The position numbers and the translations under genes are program-made. DNA of 64,000 nucleotides from Owenia fusiformis (lineage: Eukaryota): positions 45,136,001 through 45,200,000 of the forward strand of contig CAIIXF020000001.1 of assembly GCA_903813345.2 (NCBI GenBank), in the 5' to 3' direction. Of the stretch, positions 61,707-64,000 are shown piece by piece; positions within the stretch are counted from its first letter, which is position 1, and every line of letters begins with the position of its first letter. The notes below the pieces were generated by a model, which was not told the origin of the DNA, searched no databases, and saw only the letters and a list, made by a program, of their open reading frames with translations.

Positions 61707-61997
61707 CACCAATGGGGTACGGTGGGACCTCCATAGACTTTAAATTGTGTCGGACCTCGTGGGACTTCATGGGATTTTGCCCTATGGACTCCATGGGACT
61801 CCTTCGAATTTTACCCCATCGAGTCCCATGAGTTCCCACGTTCTTTCCATGGGACATCGTGTGACTCTTGATGGTGTGACTAAATCACATCATTTCCGTT
61901 GGACTCGATGGGTCATGGTGGGACTCACTCAATGGGGCAAAGTTAAAGAGGTCACATGGGACTCCTAGGGTTTCGATGGGATTTTGCCCCATTGGTG
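61707..61997. mobile_element. MITE with CACCAATGGGG termini, TA flanks, GGGACT/CCATGG repeats
   Basis: TA|CACCAATGGGG...CCCCATTGGTG|TA; same terminus as 50170-50521. Confidence 0.8.
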
Positions 61998-63167
61998 TAT
62001 ATTGAACTTTATAGTCTTCGACAATTTTGTGGCGGTTGTTCGGCGATCCACGTCTGTAACAAATGGCAGGTGGTGACATACTGCATGTTAATGCCTTGTC
62101 GAAGTCGTACCATCGGCTTTCTGATTAGTGTCTAGCATTTACAGGTGGCACAGAGTGCATCTTGGAACAACTTTGTCAAAAACTTATTGAATCCTCTCGA
62201 GAATATGGTTTCAAGAGTTCAAACATTTTCAAGATTCAATAGATGTAAAAACGATTTGATTTTGCATAATAGATGTCACACTCGATCAATTGTTCCGAAA
62301 ATAATGATATAGATATGAAATGCGTTTGTAGTTTGTTGTAAGATGAGGCAATTGAAAGAAACAAAAACTTATTCTTGGTATCAGTAAATGGCATATTTCT
62401 TTCTTCATCCCGATGGCAACGTGAATGTACCCCCTTGTAAATATAGTAAGTCAAAGACTACATTTCCTAGAACAATAAGTCTGATGGACTATGCTTACTG
62501 TGTAGTCCGGGGGCTAGACCTGAATGTCCGGGTTGGACTTTAATAAAATAATCCCAAGTGTTTTATGGCCATTCCGGGCCATACTTCCTAGTAAAAATGT
62601 CTAGTAAAAGAATAAGTATATAAAGCTCTATCAGAATAATAATTCATTGACATCCAATACAGAAAAGTAGTACACTCCCCTAAAAAGTTGGTCTATCAAA
62701 GTGAGTTTTATGAATATTAATTTACCAAATATTTATAAGGTATAAGTCATCCTTCTTCAAATGACTTCATTGATGCTTTATAAAAAGAAGTGAAATACCA
62801 TTGGACAAAGGAGGGCATACGATATTTTAAAACTTTCTATCGACCCCCTCCCCTCATCAAGATTGGATATCAAACTGGGAAGCAAGTATGGACAAAACTA
62901 TGCATAACTTAGCTTAAAAGTATAACCTGCATTATTTTAAAATCCAAAATCTAGAAATACCGGAGACTATTTTGTCCTGCGGACATTCAAAACTAGCCCT
63001 GGCTTTTATGCGCGATTCGTACGTGTGTGACATCTATATGTACACTTTGAGTCAATTCTCATACAATTCATTACCTTTATTTTAGGAATATAGATGGTTC
63101 TCGTCAGAGTAGATGGAATAAATATGGAATGTATGGCGAATGGATTACAATCATAGTAAAATAGTAG

Positions 63168-63273
63168 TTATTCACCAGGAGGGATTTGATGTGGATGATA
63201 TCAATATTTGACAGAGGGAAATATTGATATCATCCGAGAGATAATCCTCACAGCATCCCGACAGGTGAATAAC
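63168..63273. repeat. Degenerate hairpin repeat
   Basis: GTTATTCACC...GGATGATATCAATATTT / AAATATTGATATCATCC...GGTGAATAAC. Confidence 0.6.
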
Positions 63274-64000
63274 GAACTTATACCATGGTCAAGAGCAATA
63301 TCTGCCTAAAATCCTCTGTTGAATGAGAAAAATTATGAAAAATTAAAAATTTTGAAAAAGGGAGATTTTGAAAAAAAAATTTTTTTACAAAATATAAAAA
63401 TGTTATTTTTTACCATTATTCTACATCCTCCTCTGCATACATGAGGGTTGTGTAATTGTGTTATGGGAGGTTTTGGATATACCCCATATTCAAAACCATG
63501 GGCTTCCATTAACTGAAAGCCCATGTCAAAACCGAGCATCACATAACTAATTTATCCTATGACAAGTGAGGTTTGTGTGAAGTTTTCAGACCGTATCCAT
63601 TTTTTTTCATTGTTCTCATTCTCAATATTTTCGAGAACTATCAACATTTTGGTCAAAATAAATTATACTGTCTGCTGCATCCATTTTGACTGTTTCGCTA
63701 TATGCAAGATACTCCAACAAAATGACTGAACAAAAACATTTTCCCGGTAATATTACAGCGGGCGATATAAAGCGAGAGATATAATATTATGTCCCGCTCC
63801 TCCAAGATACCAATTCTATATCCCGCTGCCATGTACCTGAAACCAACTTGTCATAGGATAAGTTCTATATAAATGGGGGGGGGGGCGGCTCGCTTTTGGG
63901 AAGTCAATTTAAACCGAAAAGTTTAATTAAAAATAGGTATTGTTATTTCATGACAAATAGGCAAGTATTTTGAAGTTTTGCTATTGTTGATTTTTCTTTC

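Overview
This is AT-rich eukaryotic DNA from an invertebrate animal: it has GT-AG introns, a multiple-cysteine-cluster Toll, and histone stem-loops. The phylum cannot be fixed from the sequence alone. Six protein-coding loci are supported. (1) A Toll-like receptor (+, 1093-4837) whose signal-peptide ORF and LRR/TIR ORF are out of frame by one base. (2) A convergent type-I membrane protein (-, 6712 to at least 20120; 20 exons reconstructed by hand, ~1520 aa). Its architecture is three 4-cysteine LDLa modules, ~22 six-cysteine EB-like modules, EGF, SEA-like, cbEGF, TM and an acidic tail. (3,4) Two divergently oriented, near-identical histone H1 genes with stem-loops and no core histones in the window. 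(5) A 7-exon proline iminopeptidase (S33) that the ORF track misses; it has HWGP in place of HGGP and is bracketed by inverted repeats. (6) A 4-exon Nedx/lms/ceh-19-type homeobox gene. Intergenic DNA and introns hold many non-autonomous DNA-transposon derivatives (foldbacks, MITEs, nested insertions), a decayed LINE fragment and minisatellites. No CRISPR array, rRNA, intact tRNA or transposase ORF was found. All alignments were done by eye, so TE superfamily labels are tentative.
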